Shown piece after piece: positions 1-11,451 of a DNA stretch of 50,671 nt. Position numbers and translations under genes: made by a program. The stretch lies in assembly GCA_002104905.1 (NCBI GenBank), contig MCFE01000640.1, forward strand, positions 1-50,671, read 5' to 3'. The notes below the pieces were generated by a model, which searched no databases, was not told the DNA's origin, and saw only the letters and a list, made by a program, of their open reading frames with translations. This DNA is from Basidiobolus meristosporus CBS 931.73. Lineage: Eukaryota; Fungi; Basidiobolomycota. Within the stretch, counting starts at the first letter, position 1; each line of letters starts with the position of its first letter.

Positions 1-10
1 ATCTAGATTT

Positions 11-2014
11 AAAATCAAGATTCATCGGTATTTTTGGGGTTCTCTAGCTAGTGTTTATCGCAGACCATGTGCAACAATGTTATATATCATTTATACTTTA
101 TAAGCGACAGTGTTACCTGCAATTGTTGATTGAATATCATTACCGCTTTAAGTCTCCAACGGTATCCACTCTCATTCCATTGTTACAGACTGCTTAGCCA
201 CAACAGCCATAGAATGTACATGCTACAGTAAACGTAATTATCAACATTGTCTATGCATCTCGAGGTCCTGATTTACTTTCCCGTTAGAGACCAAAGATGC
301 CTTATTGGTGTAGAACTACCCCTACACAATAGCATATCTGAAGAGCAACCCGGTTTATGGATTTTGATTTTGTGTATTAATACCACATTAACTCTGTACC
401 ACTATGCCATAATGCTGCAGCTTTGTGGAACTGGTTTACATTACCCAGGTAGCCTTCTGAGCTGGTTTACATTACCCGGGTAACTTTCTTCTCTTGCACA
501 ACCATTTGTAGAGCTAGCCACAGCGACTATTGACAAAAGTATGTGCAACAATGGGGAAATGACGCCTATATATTGAGCTCACCTTGCTGCTAGACATCAT
601 TCACACACTAAGCTCTCAATCAAAACAATGATGAAGAAACTTGCAGTCTCCTTGATGGTCGCCTTCCATGTGGCCAGCTCCAGTTCCAGCTCCGTAGATG
701 CTCTCTCGTGCCAAGCCCAAGGGAACTCAAGAGGCTCCTTGTGCGTTTCCGGTAGCTGCCCACCGGTTGGAGATCCGTGTTCTGGGATACTGGATGCAAG
801 TCTGGCCAAAGATGCTGTATCTGATAGTTAATAAATCCAATATGTTCAATGTTGAATTTACACACAATAATGCAAATGCTAGAAACAGGACAGAGTATTC
901 GGAGATTGACGCTTAAGAAGCAAGCAGCAACTATATAGCCAAAGTGTAGCAAAATATGTTTGCCTCCTCTTTATGTGAGAGAGTGTTTTGCACAGAGGAA
1001 GGATAAGTAACAGTGTACATGATGTCCTATATTGCGCATGCGTCAAGAGGACTTGCTTACTTTACATATTACAACTTTCCTTGCCTGCCATTATGGAGGC
1101 CAGTTGTGTTGACACTCTCTACTTGCGCCCTTCAGGCATAAGTCAAAGTTTGATATCCCGGAACACCAAAGATGTTGTATCTACGTAATAAATTATCTAA
1201 TGAATTATCGGCTAAGTCGTCGTAAAGAATACATCATATTCCAATTCCCAAGTGGGACAGCAATCTCATATTTATATTTACTTGTAGCAAAATCAATGCA
1301 GGTCGTTACAAACACTAAAGTTATATCAAATACTTACGTGTTATTGCAAATAGCAGCATCTGGGCTTAAAAATCAAGATTCATTTATACTTTATAAGCGA
1401 CAGTGTTACCTAGGACTTTGCGTATCTCGATTGAATATCATTACCGCTTTAAGTCTCAAATGGTAGATTTGACTGTAATCAATGTGTCCACACTCATTCC
1501 ATTGTCACAGACTGCTTAGCCACAACAGTCATGGAATGTACATGTTACAGTAAACGTAATTATCGAGATTGTCTATGCATCTTGAGGTCTTGATTTACTT
1601 TCCAGTTAGAGGCCAAAGATGCTTTATTGGTGTAGGACTACCACTACACAATAGCATGTCTGATGAGCAACCCGGTTCATGGATTGCCAATTTGTTTTTG
1701 TGTATTAACATCATCTCAATGCTGCAGCTCTGTGTAACTGGTATACATTACCCAGGTAGCCTTCTTCTCTTGTACAACCATTCCTAGAGCTAGCCACAGC
1801 AACTATTGACAAAAGTATGTGCAACAATGTGGAAATGACGCCTATATATTGAGCCAACCCCGCTGCTAGACATCATTCACACACTAAGCTCTCAATCAAA
1901 ACAATGATGAAGAAGTTTGCAGTCTCCCTGATGGTTGCCTTCCTTGTGGCCAGCTCCAGTTCCGGCTCCATAGATGCTCTCTTGTGCCAAGCCCAAGGGA
2001 ACTCAAGAGGCTCC
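11..2014 (+). repeat. Tandem segmental duplication (~1.3 kb period) of a promoter plus small secreted-peptide gene; copy 1 ~11-738, copy 2 ~1367-2014
   Basis: Colinear near-identical blocks, e.g. catttatactttataagcgacagtgttacc at ~88 and ~1381 and catcattcacacactaagctctcaatcaaaacaatgatgaag at ~595 and ~1871; ATGs at 628 and 1904. Confidence 0.9.
628..824 (+). CDS. Small secreted 6-Cys peptide, beta-defensin/CBM52-like spacing; needs a +1 nt correction near 775
   Basis: Signal peptide MMKKLAVSLMVAF...VDA, then CQAQGNSRGSLCVSGSCPPVGD; the adjacent frame continues VFWDTGCKSGQRCCI-stop (777-824); TATA at 567-573, AATAAA at 830-835. Confidence 0.55.
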
Positions 2015-2038
2015 TACACATCATTTACAACAGTATAA
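1904..2038 (+). pseudogene. 3'-truncated copy of the Cys-rich peptide gene (MMKKFAVSLMVAFLVASSSSGSIDALLCQAQGNSRGSYTSFTTV*)
   Basis: Homology to 628-738 ends abruptly at 2014; only the first Cys is kept. Confidence 0.75.
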
Positions 2039-2976
2039 ATAAAAGTGCTACTCTGTCAAAAACCTCTGGTGGATGCTGGACAATAAGTATAAATACACTA
2101 GTAGATGTATGTGACTATTTATTCCCATAAGATCAGGGCCTGGGATCCCATTATAATCACTAATTAGTCTTAGTGCTTCTGTTTGATGCTTCCTATTCTG
2201 TTTATAGAATCATCAGCCTAGACTAGTGCTTCCAACAGTAATACTTGTGTGTGAATTTCATGATAGCATATTACCAAATCTTGTGAGAGGTTATTCACCC
2301 TATTCACCTTATTCACCCTATTAGGATCACTTAACCTACAGGCAAGCTCCCAAATACATAAACTGCCAATAGACAGTAATATAAGGGTAAAACAAATTTA
2401 GCAAAATACCTATATGGCTGCAGGAGGACTCAAAATAACAGTTCTAGATAATCTATTTTTCCTGCTTAGAAACATGTTGATTTCTTCAGCACCTACATAG
2501 ATCAGCGCAATAGCTGTTGCAGATTCAAAGTGGCGTCTGGCTGATAGATGCTTAATGGTCTCAAGGTTATTTAGGATATACGCTGAGTTCTAGGTTGTTT
2601 GGTAACAGAAATTAGACAAAGCCTTTTCTAAAGGAAGCCAACGCTACTAAGGCAAAAGCAAAGACCTTGGGGGTGCCATATCATATTGACCGCAACAGAA
2701 AAGGATTGTCTTCAGAAGTGCGGAGTGTGCGACACGATACTGATTGCTGGAACGGATGCCTGTACATGGCAGTTGTACACATGTATCTGATCAAAACACT
2801 TGAACAATCAAAGTAGCAGCTCACACATATGTTAGATGCTCACAGTGCAATGAGCATAATACAGCTGGGTCAAAGGAACGCGGATTTGAACTCATTTATT
2901 TCACAATGCTTCAGCTAAATATCCATAACAGCAACATCTCCAAGAGTCCACCGGCTAAGTAGGTACCAACCAAACC

Positions 2977-3195
2977 CTACGAGATTACCCATGTCTGGCT
3001 ATCCACGCAGGCGGTCCCCTTTCTTCCTTCGAGGATCTGCTTGAAGGACAGCTCGCCAGTTCCGGGTCCTCTCCAAGTCCAGCGAATCCCTTTGACTGTG
3101 ACTGAGGCGTAGTTCCCGTTGTTAGCTCTCTTGGCTCTGGCAATTTCTTCTCTGACATTGGCAGAATACAAACGGGCTTCTTGATCGGATACCAT
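2977..3195 (-). CDS. Candidate 72-aa orphan protein (MVSDQEARLYSANVREE...WVIS)
   Basis: ATG at 3195 with TATAAA ~55 nt upstream on the minus strand (3251-3256); CpG retained locally, unlike the TE-like DNA to the right; no recognisable domain. Confidence 0.35.
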   Translation of the reverse strand: MVSDQEARLYSANVREEIARAKRANNGNYASVTVKGIRWTWRGPGTGELSFKQILEGRKGTACVDSQTWVIS

Positions 3196-4235
3196 GGCTG
3201 AGAAAGTGGAGTGCAATAAGTCTTGAGACTGACAAGCCCACACCTGCTGCTTTATATCACCTTATCCAGGTGGTGGCTTAGTGTTGGCTGCTTCATGTGC
3301 CCTTTTCTACTAAGTATAGCGGCTTCCCACCTAAAGTGCTGAGTCTTAGGCCAAGCTTGGAGAAATAATCCAGAAATCATGAATGGTTACAGTTGAGGCC
3401 AAATCTGCAACATTACCTGAGGAAACCAGTACTAGCTAAACACATCCATGAATATTTCCTTCTTGCCAGCACCGTCTCTATGCTCCATGCCGGTCATTGC
3501 TGACAAGGATTTGCACCAATCAGCAATGAGTCTGTTCTTGAAATAACAGGTTATATAATCAACCTGCCCAAAAGAATGACTGTGGTAGTTGGTGGCTGAG
3601 CTCTTAATCCAACGCTGTACTCCATCTGTGGCAGGGTAAAGTTTGCAATAGATAAGTGCATGTGTCTTGCAAGAAAGCATTGCCATCCAAGCTATTGATT
3701 GTGGCAGCATAGACAAAGCGTAACACAAATAAAGTGAACAGTCACATTTGGCTTGTTTCTTGACAAATAACTAATTGAAAACGCATGTACTACAACAAGA
3801 AATTCCAAGGCAGCCTCAACTATCCCAAGCACTATCCACTCAATATCCCCAACTCTTGGCAAAAAACTAACCAATTTATTCTTGCCTGTACTGTGCTGTA
3901 CACCCCATGACAGTCGTATTGTTCACCAATCAGCAACAACCCTAGGTTCTTGTAATAACTGGTTAATTTAATAAGCCTGCCCCAAAGCTTGACTGTGGTT
4001 GCTGCTCTCCAGTTGCGGCAGGGTCAGATCAGCAATATATTTAATCATGTGTACAGCAAGAAAACAGCACTACCAAAGGACAATACCTTCCAGGCAATGA
4101 CAGGACTATTGTAAGAGACACTTGACTTAAAGATGGAATAAAGATACCAAAAGTGCATGTTAAGCTCACAGTACTACACTGATACAAAAGAGTACCGAAC
4201 CCCATTGAAATTGACCACAATGACCTTGGACTTTC

Positions 4236-6156
4236 TTGACGGTAACCCTCAAGCTCATTAGTAAAAAATTACCAAAGTCCTTACTAACACAGATAGTCAG
4301 AAATGCTGGCTATCTCTCAATTTCAGAACAAAGAAACTACCTCAAGGACCTAGGTATTCATATGCCTAAGAGTATTAACATTCAATACATTGCCAGGGAT
4401 CTCTTGGAAGTTATTCTTGACAAAGATATTGTTGAATATTTTACAGAGGAAGTCAAAAATATGCTGGATTGGGAGCTCTCAGAGCATATACTCAGACATC
4501 ATTTAGACATTCCACTCTTTGTACCATTCTCTCTGGAAAAAGAACTCCTCTAAAGGTTTACCAGCTTGTTGAAAAACTCTCCTTCCCTTCAAGTCACAAA
4601 CTTCCTCAAGAAATACTACAGTGAACAAGCAGTTTTGCTACATTCTCCTTTAGACTTTGATATTGAGGATATTTGGGATACAGCAAAGTCCAAGTTTATC
4701 TTGTAGGCTTACTGCATCTCAAATATTCATATTCAAACTTGGCTACTCTTTTTATTATTTAAATAAAGATTTCACCCTGTGGTGATTATCATCCCCCTAA
4801 CCCTCTCTGCTGTCCACCTGCAGAAAGGTGTTTGAGCTCCTGCTTGCTCAGGAGCTCTACTCTGACTTCCTCAAGTTTCACCCTGCACAGTTTGGCTTTG
4901 TTCCTGGCCTCTCCTTGGAATATGCAGTCATACTTAGCCAAGATCACACTCTCCAGTGCAAGTATCCCTCTGTTCTGTTTGATATTACTAAGGCCTTTGA
5001 TTCAATTGACAGAACACTGCTTTGGTCCAAGTTGCAATGCTTCTCCAGTGCCTCTCTCACCCTCCTTGTCAGGTCTCTGTTTCTGGATCCACAAGCAAGA
5101 ATTCTGCCCCCAAGTGAGCAATCACCAGTGTTATCAGTTCCTAATGGAGTGGTTCAAGGCTCTGTGCTTGGACCTATACTCTTTGCCATCTTCCTGAATG
5201 ACTTCCCAGGACTCTTAGCTGCTGGCCTGGTTACTCTCTTTGCTGATGACATCAAAATATCCTCCTCCAATGTGCAACAAGACTCCCAGACCATTCATCA
5301 GTATCTGCAGAAGAATAATATCCAGCTTTCCATTGCAACAACAGTACCTTTGGGCTCTCCCATCAACTTGGAGAACTCCACTCTACCTGCCCAGGTTTCT
5401 GCTACATATCTTGGCTTTCCTTTCCTTCCTACTGGGCTAGACTCTGGTGCACACCAGAAGAAGAGAATTATCCTGGCAAGACAGGCACTCCACAAGCTAC
5501 TGGCTGTTACTCCTCCTACAACTTCAGCTCCCAGCTGCCTCCTTCTACTCAAGCAGTTTGTCTTCCCTGTCCTGGAATTTAGCTTACCACTTCTCTTTCT
5601 TACTTCTAGAGACTGCACTAAGCTTGACAAGTTGGCAGTATGGTGCATTACCTCCTTGGTGCCTCATTTGCCTGAATGCCCCTACAGACATGCTATTCTT
5701 GGTGCTTTTGGGTTTATGCCCTATAAGATCAGACTTCTCTACCTCAGAACCAGATTATATCTCAGACTTCACCACTGCAACAACCCACTGATTAAGGCCT
5801 GGAAGAGAACACACCACACTACACCTGGCTCCTGCTGGAGAACTATACTTAGAAATCCTGAAGTCAAGAAGTTTGCTCATTATATTCTGCAGTCAGAAAA
5901 ACCCAAGCTGGCCTACCTGAAGTACTTGACAGATCTTTGGCAGCAATATCTGCAGCAGCACACACCCTTTATGATGAATATCAATCCTTATCATATTCCC
6001 CTCATCAATGTTGTTCACAAGTCTTTCTTACCTCTCTTGCTACCCCCCTTCCCTCTGAACAGTATCTTGAGCACTGAAGAACTATCATCACTTCTTATTA
6101 ATATACATACAAACTCCCCTCAGCTGCACACTCTTGCATCAAAGCTACAACAGTAG
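4236..6156 (+). mobile_element. Degenerate non-LTR (LINE-like) retrotransposon remnant
   Basis: RT ORF 4828-6156, preceded by a frameshifted DYHP/LLSTCRKVFE start (~4784-4836) and an interrupted upstream frame (4236-~4709). Confidence 0.75.
4828..6156 (+). CDS. Non-LTR reverse transcriptase domain plus C-terminal region
   Basis: Motifs QFGF, FDITKAFDSIDR, GVVQGSVLGPILF, LFADD, YLGF. Confidence 0.9.
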   Translation: MFELLLAQELYSDFLKFHPAQFGFVPGLSLEYAVILSQDHTLQCKYPSVLFDITKAFDSIDRTLLWSKLQCFSSASLTLLVRSLFLDPQARILPPSEQSPVLSVPNGVVQGSVLGPILFAIFLNDFPGLLAAGLVTLFADDIKISSSNVQQDSQTIHQYLQKNNIQLSIATTVPLGSPINLENSTLPAQVSATYLGFPFLPTGLDSGAHQKKRIILARQALHKLLAVTPPTTSAPSCLLLLKQFVFPVLEFSLPLLFLTSRDCTKLDKLAVWCITSLVPHLPECPYRHAILGAFGFMPYKIRLLYLRTRLYLRLHHCNNPLIKAWKRTHHTTPGSCWRTILRNPEVKKFAHYILQSEKPKLAYLKYLTDLWQQYLQQHTPFMMNINPYHIPLINVVHKSFLPLLLPPFPLNSILSTEELSSLLINIHTNSPQLHTLASKLQQ

Positions 6157-6526
6157 CACTGGCTTCTTTGTTTCAACTGAAATAAAGTTTTCACCTGTTG
6201 GTTACTGTCTCCCCCCTAACCAATACACTGTATTTCTTGAAATATTAACATGCCAGTTTGGTAGACACTTCTTTGAAACCAACTGGAGTAGTTACTGGGA
6301 GCAACTTTTTGAAGGCATGGCCTTCTTTTCCATAGAAATACTCTGAGACCTTGCTAGGCTTGACAAGTTTACTGCTTGCTTCATATCTCCATGGGTCCAC
6401 ATATTCCTCAGACTCCTTACAGACAAGCACATCTGGGTGCCATTGGCTTTCTTGCCTACAAAAGCAGAGTGGTTTAACTTCAACTCCAACTGTGTCAAAG
6501 CCCTCATTTTAAGCAGTGGCTAAGCT

Positions 6527-6876
6527 TTTTGTAAGAATCTTGGAGATATTGGAAGTGATTGGGAGAACAAGTAGATTATGTGGTTTTCACTTCATGATTT
6601 ATTGAATGTAAAAGTAGTACTTATACTTTTACATGGTCTTGGCATAAAAAACATGTAGAATAGGTATAGTAAAGTCCCAAGAGCATGTGTGCAAAGTTTG
6701 GGGCTGTTTGGACAGCTTTGAGAATTTTTCATGCCCTGGGTAACTGATATCTTGGTGAAAATGTCCTAAGTAAATCCTGATAAGGAATTTGTTCAGTATT
6801 CTCTGGGATTTGAAGGTGATGATTGAAGTGACCAAGTTAAGTGAATATTTAGGTGGAATTACAAATTTTTACAACA
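6527..6876 (-). mobile_element. Copia-family solo LTR with 5-bp target-site duplication AAGCT
   Basis: Homologous to the LTRs at 27847, 29278, 29860 and 41337; aagct at 6522-6526 and 6877-6881. Confidence 0.85.
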
Positions 6877-7851
6877 AAGCTTTCATTACACTGGCTCACT
6901 GTCCTGCTGAATAATACCTCTTGATGACTCCCAGATATAGCAGCTTGCCCACCATGTTCAAGATTGTAAAAACTCAGTACTTACATATGCCCCATATATC
7001 TCCCCTTTATGGACAAGCTAACTCAGCTACCATACACAAATATACTTTCCTCTTATGCAAACTTGCCTAGCCTATTGTAATTGTTGATGGGGCACTACCT
7101 CCTGTAGCCATCCTTTCAGTCCTAATTAACTCTAGTTTAGCTCCTCTTGAGCATAGTGGCCTTTTTTATAAGCTTTGGTCACTTAGCCACAAGATCTTAA
7201 TTTTGTGATGGCTTCTTGTAAATGTATTCTGGGAAAATAAGAAGGCCCCTGCAAGTTCATGGGGACTTTCAAGGGATCAGATAGCTGCAGCTCCTGATGC
7301 TAAGACTCTTTGGGTAGATCAAGACACAGCAGATGGTTCTCTCAGAAGGAACAGGAAGGACACTGAGAGATAAAAAGCTATGAAAGTTGATGCTATAGTG
7401 AAAACATGTTGAAGGGCTTATGAGGGGATAGTTTTTTGCATTACGAGTTCTGGTAATGCAGGGCAGGCTTGCAAAAGGGGTGCCCACGATGCATCAAGTA
7501 AATCTGCGTGTTATCACGAATGGTGACTAATTGGCAGTGTGCAGTTTTCATAGTGTTTGATCAGTCAGTGTTCCGGTTGATAGGAGTGCCAAGTTGTGAT
7601 GTGCATCATTGTTACAAGAATACTGAAGGGCCCGAAGTTCCTGATATGCAATAACAGTCCAGTAGAGCACAGAAGCTGGTCTATTTTGAATCAAATCTCT
7701 AAGCAAATGGCACAATCATAGGTAGACCCGCTATGCTATCCGCAATCCACAGTCCTATAGTGTATGGTTCATTATTTTATTCATTGTAGCCATGTCAGCG
7801 TTGACAAATCAACAAAAAGCAATCCCCAGTATTTCTTTTGATGTGACTATT

Positions 7852-8694
7852 CTAGCAAGCACCCAATTTTACCCAAGCATCTACAGTTCCTGGAGCTTGG
7901 TCCTGTGTCCACCACTTGGCCTCCCACAAATACCCGTCATAAGTTACCTGCGCTGATCCCGTGTAAGCGGTGGATGGATCCCAGCTGGCGACTCCAGCAC
8001 AGATGCCGGTATCTGGTGTGGATGTAGGGCTCGCAACAGCAGTCGATGAGCTGGTAGTTGTAGGGGAGGTTTTCTCCGGTCGAATGGTGACCGTTGGACG
8101 AGCTTCAAATAGATCTTTACCATCATATTGACCTGGGTGGGGGAACTCTGGAATGGTTGGGTATCCTGGTAGATTGGCCACCAAAAGCTTGGGTCCACTG
8201 ATGTAACCATCATCAGAGCCCTTGATTTCGATATCAGCACAGTTCATGTAATATTCTCTATAGCCCACTTTGTTGATCCAGGCCCATGCGAACACCACAT
8301 TTGAACTGCTCGCCGCGCTGCTGGGGATAGGCACTGTGTAATCCAGGCTAGCAATGAGGCAGTCATCGTAGACGGTCTTTAACACGGCAAATGTGTCTCC
8401 CCCGTCATAGGATACTGCGAATTGGCAATGGCCTCCGCTGTGAGTGGCTATGCCGTTCAGTTTGACCTGGATTGAACCACCAGCGTCAACAGTCTGAACG
8501 ACCTTACCCTGTTCGTAGCCCTTGCATGGGTACACCCCTAATGGCTCAACCATGTTATAATCAGGAGTACCGGTAAAGGTGGGATTATATTTTGAATGAC
8601 GTGGTGGCGGTTGAATCATTTCCATGTGTGCAGTTACCATGGTGACCAAGCACATGAGGGTAGCACTCGACTGGAAGACCTTGGAGAAGTACAT
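7852..8694 (-). CDS. AA11-type lytic polysaccharide monooxygenase with C-terminal CBM5/12-like chitin-binding module
   Basis: Signal peptide followed by N-terminal His (HMEMIQPPPR), HSGGHCQF, FAWAWINKVGYREYYMNCADI; S/T/P linker; WDPSTAY...VTYDGYLWEAKWWTQ; TATA at 8749-8755. Confidence 0.85.
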   Translation of the reverse strand: MYFSKVFQSSATLMCLVTMVTAHMEMIQPPPRHSKYNPTFTGTPDYNMVEPLGVYPCKGYEQGKVVQTVDAGGSIQVKLNGIATHSGGHCQFAVSYDGGDTFAVLKTVYDDCLIASLDYTVPIPSSAASSSNVVFAWAWINKVGYREYYMNCADIEIKGSDDGYISGPKLLVANLPGYPTIPEFPHPGQYDGKDLFEARPTVTIRPEKTSPTTTSSSTAVASPTSTPDTGICAGVASWDPSTAYTGSAQVTYDGYLWEAKWWTQDQAPGTVDAWVKLGAC

Positions 8695-9696
8695 GTCAAT
8701 TCAAGAGAATGGTTGGAAGTATACGGTGGTATTTCCTGATATTTGTGCTTATATAGCGACTTTATGTGGCTACTCGCATCCACCGTGGTTGAATATTTCA
8801 TCAAGTCCCAACCTGCGGGCATGACTGACCAGAACTAGAATCGATTTGTACTATATTGGTAACAGATGGAGTTTCTGCCCCTCCTACCTGACCATATGCC
8901 GCTATCCAGACCACTACCCATGATATTTCACAACCCGCAACATTTGCCATTGATTGGAAATAGGCGCATTGCTATCCACCCCTGCAATTTCCTAATATCG
9001 AGTACTCCAACCCCGTTGGCAAATTTTTGTCTGGCCATTGACTGTGTCACCACCTTAACTGGGTAAAATTAATTCATCAAGTGGCATTATTAACCTCGGG
9101 TTACACTTATTAACACTACCCATTGGTTAGTTTGGATGTTCATATTAATGGCTCTATGCTAGAGATGCGCTTCTAGGCCACTGTAGTCAAGTCAAACCTG
9201 CACCCGATGCCATCTTTACGTCACGAAAAAATCTTCCCTTTGGCCATTTTATCATGCACAGTGTGAACGCCACCTAGAACCAAGGCGACAAAGTAAGGCT
9301 CTGAGATTCTGCAGAAATGGCACCAACACGTAGCTGTGCAAGAGAAATGCATACATGCTTCAAGGTTACACGCTGTAACTAGGTACAGCTGCCAACCGAC
9401 CCAAGTTTGCTAGGATATGGCATTGACTAACGATTAAATGGTATTATACAGCGATTACTCTTCAGTAAGCTAATCTCAGACCTCGTATGAGCCGGAGTAT
9501 CTACCTGAAATGGTAGCAAGAAAATGGGAACATCTGTATATAAACCACCGCTCTATTCTGGAAGAGACTGCACCAATAGTTCTCACAAAAAGGTTTATTT
9601 ACCATCGAAGATAATATTCATAGTGGGGTATCATGGAATGCTTATTTGAATAATAGTATACAGAGTGGTCACTGGGCCTTCTATTTTTCTTTGGAA

Positions 9697-11451
9697 TTAT
9701 ACGGGAGCTTGGCAACCGAATGGTGAAGCCGCTCCTTGCCGGCTAAATCCTTGAATGATCCCTTGCACACTGGAGTATATACCAAGTCCAGCAGTTACAA
9801 GAGCAGCCAAGAAGAAGAGGAAGTTGAATAGTTTGATGTACCATTGAGGCAATAGGCCGCGACGCCAGCGTGAGAGATCACGCCATGTATCCACTCGATG
9901 AGTGGCCCCGGTGGCTACGTCGAAAGGTTTATCGCCCTTGGTGGCGTCAACTTGTATTTGGAAACCGAGCATAAGGATCGGTGGGAACGTGTAGGTGAAC
10001 TGGAGGATACAGACCGCCGCCACCAGACCAGACACATTACTAAATTGAGGGATGGAACTTGCAATCACATATGCCACGACCCAATAGGCGACAACCAAGA
10101 CAGTCCATAACATTCTTCCAGCGCGAGAACTCATCTCGGGGCCTTTCAGCAAGTCCAACACAACATTCTGATAGATGACTTTGATTCCGATGTTTCCGTA
10201 CAACCCGGCAGCAATCAGGGCCGACACCAAGGAGAGGATGTTGGTGGCCGTTTGCCAGGCGTAGCTGGAGATCCCTTGGTTTCCTGGGTTGATGGTGAAC
10301 TGACCCTGGAAGTGGTAGACGAAGACCCCGAAGAACATGTAACAGGAGAAAATGAGCACTTGGGCGCAGGCCATTCCCTTCCAGAAGTCCATGGGGCGTC
10401 TCATCTCAGACATGAACTCAATGAACATCATTGCTCCGCCATAAGAGTACACGATCTGCATGATGCCGACAATCTGCGAGTTCAACGACCCGTGGATGAA
10501 CGCGTGGGTGATGACTGTGGTTCCCGAAACTCCATTTTGCTGATGGGCCACCGCATAGTTGGGTAGGGTGTGGGCAATCACCCCCATGGTCAACGCAATG
10601 ACCAGGAGGTTCAGCCAGACCGCGAAGTTCGCCAACCATCCGAGGTTTTTCAGCGAGCGGATCTGCCCGATGAACATCCCGGCGAACGCCCAAATCAAGG
10701 TCAGGACGCTGAAGCAAACTCGGTACTGGGAAATTTGGGCCAAACCCTGGCCGTTGCCCAAAATGATCACCGATACGTTGAACAGCAATTGGATGGTTTG
10801 TAAGATGTTCACCACGTGTTGGGCCCACTTGCCGAAGACCCGAAAGCTAAGCTCGCTGTAGGTCCGCACCGGATACTGCTCCGAATCCAGCTTCATGAAC
10901 ATCGTCCAAAGCTGCCATCCTGTATATGCGGCGGCCAACCCCATGAAGAAGAACATCAGAACGCCCGGAGCGTAGCCCAGCTGGGAAAAGGCCCACGGAG
11001 CAGAACTTGGACCAAGGATGTCGGTGGTGATCAGATAAAACACCGCCTGCCAAGAGGCAGATCGCAGTGCACGCTGTGCCTGAAGCTTGTCTGCGTCCAA
11101 GTCCCAGCCAAGAATCTGGGGTGCACTTGTGGCAGGGTCTGGGTTCGTTTCCATGTCTTGATCGGTTTTTAGGTGCGAGGCACCTCCACTTTTGGCGCCA
11201 TTTCGGTCTCTCCATCTGTCGTTCTCCCGTTTGACTGTCGCCCAATGAAGGTATGCCTCAAGTGGGACTTCGTCTTTGCAACTGTAGGGAGACATTCCAA
11301 GGCCTCTCTCCACGGGTGTTAGGGAGTTTTTGGCCGACTTTTCCTCCTGGCCATGGGCGGACTCGTGATGTGGGCGATGATGCAAAGATTCATGATGCAG
11401 GCGAGGATCGCTTCCCTCTAAAGCTAGGGCGACGGGTGCTGTGTATGCCAT
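9697..11451 (-). CDS. Amino acid/auxin permease (AAAP, Aa_trans) family transporter, 584 aa, intronless
   Basis: Multiple TM helices; ITTDILGP, YSYGGAMMFIEFMSEMRRPMDF; start placed at MAYTAP (11451) because TATAAAA lies at 11481-11487 on the minus strand. Confidence 0.9.
   Translation of the reverse strand: MAYTAPVALALEGSDPRLHHESLHHRPHHESAHGQEEKSAKNSLTPVERGLGMSPYSCKDEVPLEAYLHWATVKRENDRWRDRNGAKSGGASHLKTDQDMETNPDPATSAPQILGWDLDADKLQAQRALRSASWQAVFYLITTDILGPSSAPWAFSQLGYAPGVLMFFFMGLAAAYTGWQLWTMFMKLDSEQYPVRTYSELSFRVFGKWAQHVVNILQTIQLLFNVSVIILGNGQGLAQISQYRVCFSVLTLIWAFAGMFIGQIRSLKNLGWLANFAVWLNLLVIALTMGVIAHTLPNYAVAHQQNGVSGTTVITHAFIHGSLNSQIVGIMQIVYSYGGAMMFIEFMSEMRRPMDFWKGMACAQVLIFSCYMFFGVFVYHFQGQFTINPGNQGISSYAWQTATNILSLVSALIAAGLYGNIGIKVIYQNVVLDLLKGPEMSSRAGRMLWTVLVVAYWVVAYVIASSIPQFSNVSGLVAAVCILQFTYTFPPILMLGFQIQVDATKGDKPFDVATGATHRVDTWRDLSRWRRGLLPQWYIKLFNFLFFLAALVTAGLGIYSSVQGIIQGFSRQGAASPFGCQAPV

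Noticed and set aside
3432-4075. Diverged internal repeat (~3510-3690 vs ~3920-4070) with Cys/His residues on the minus strand
   Set aside because: Real similarity, but broken by stops and not assignable to any family; probably a TE relic
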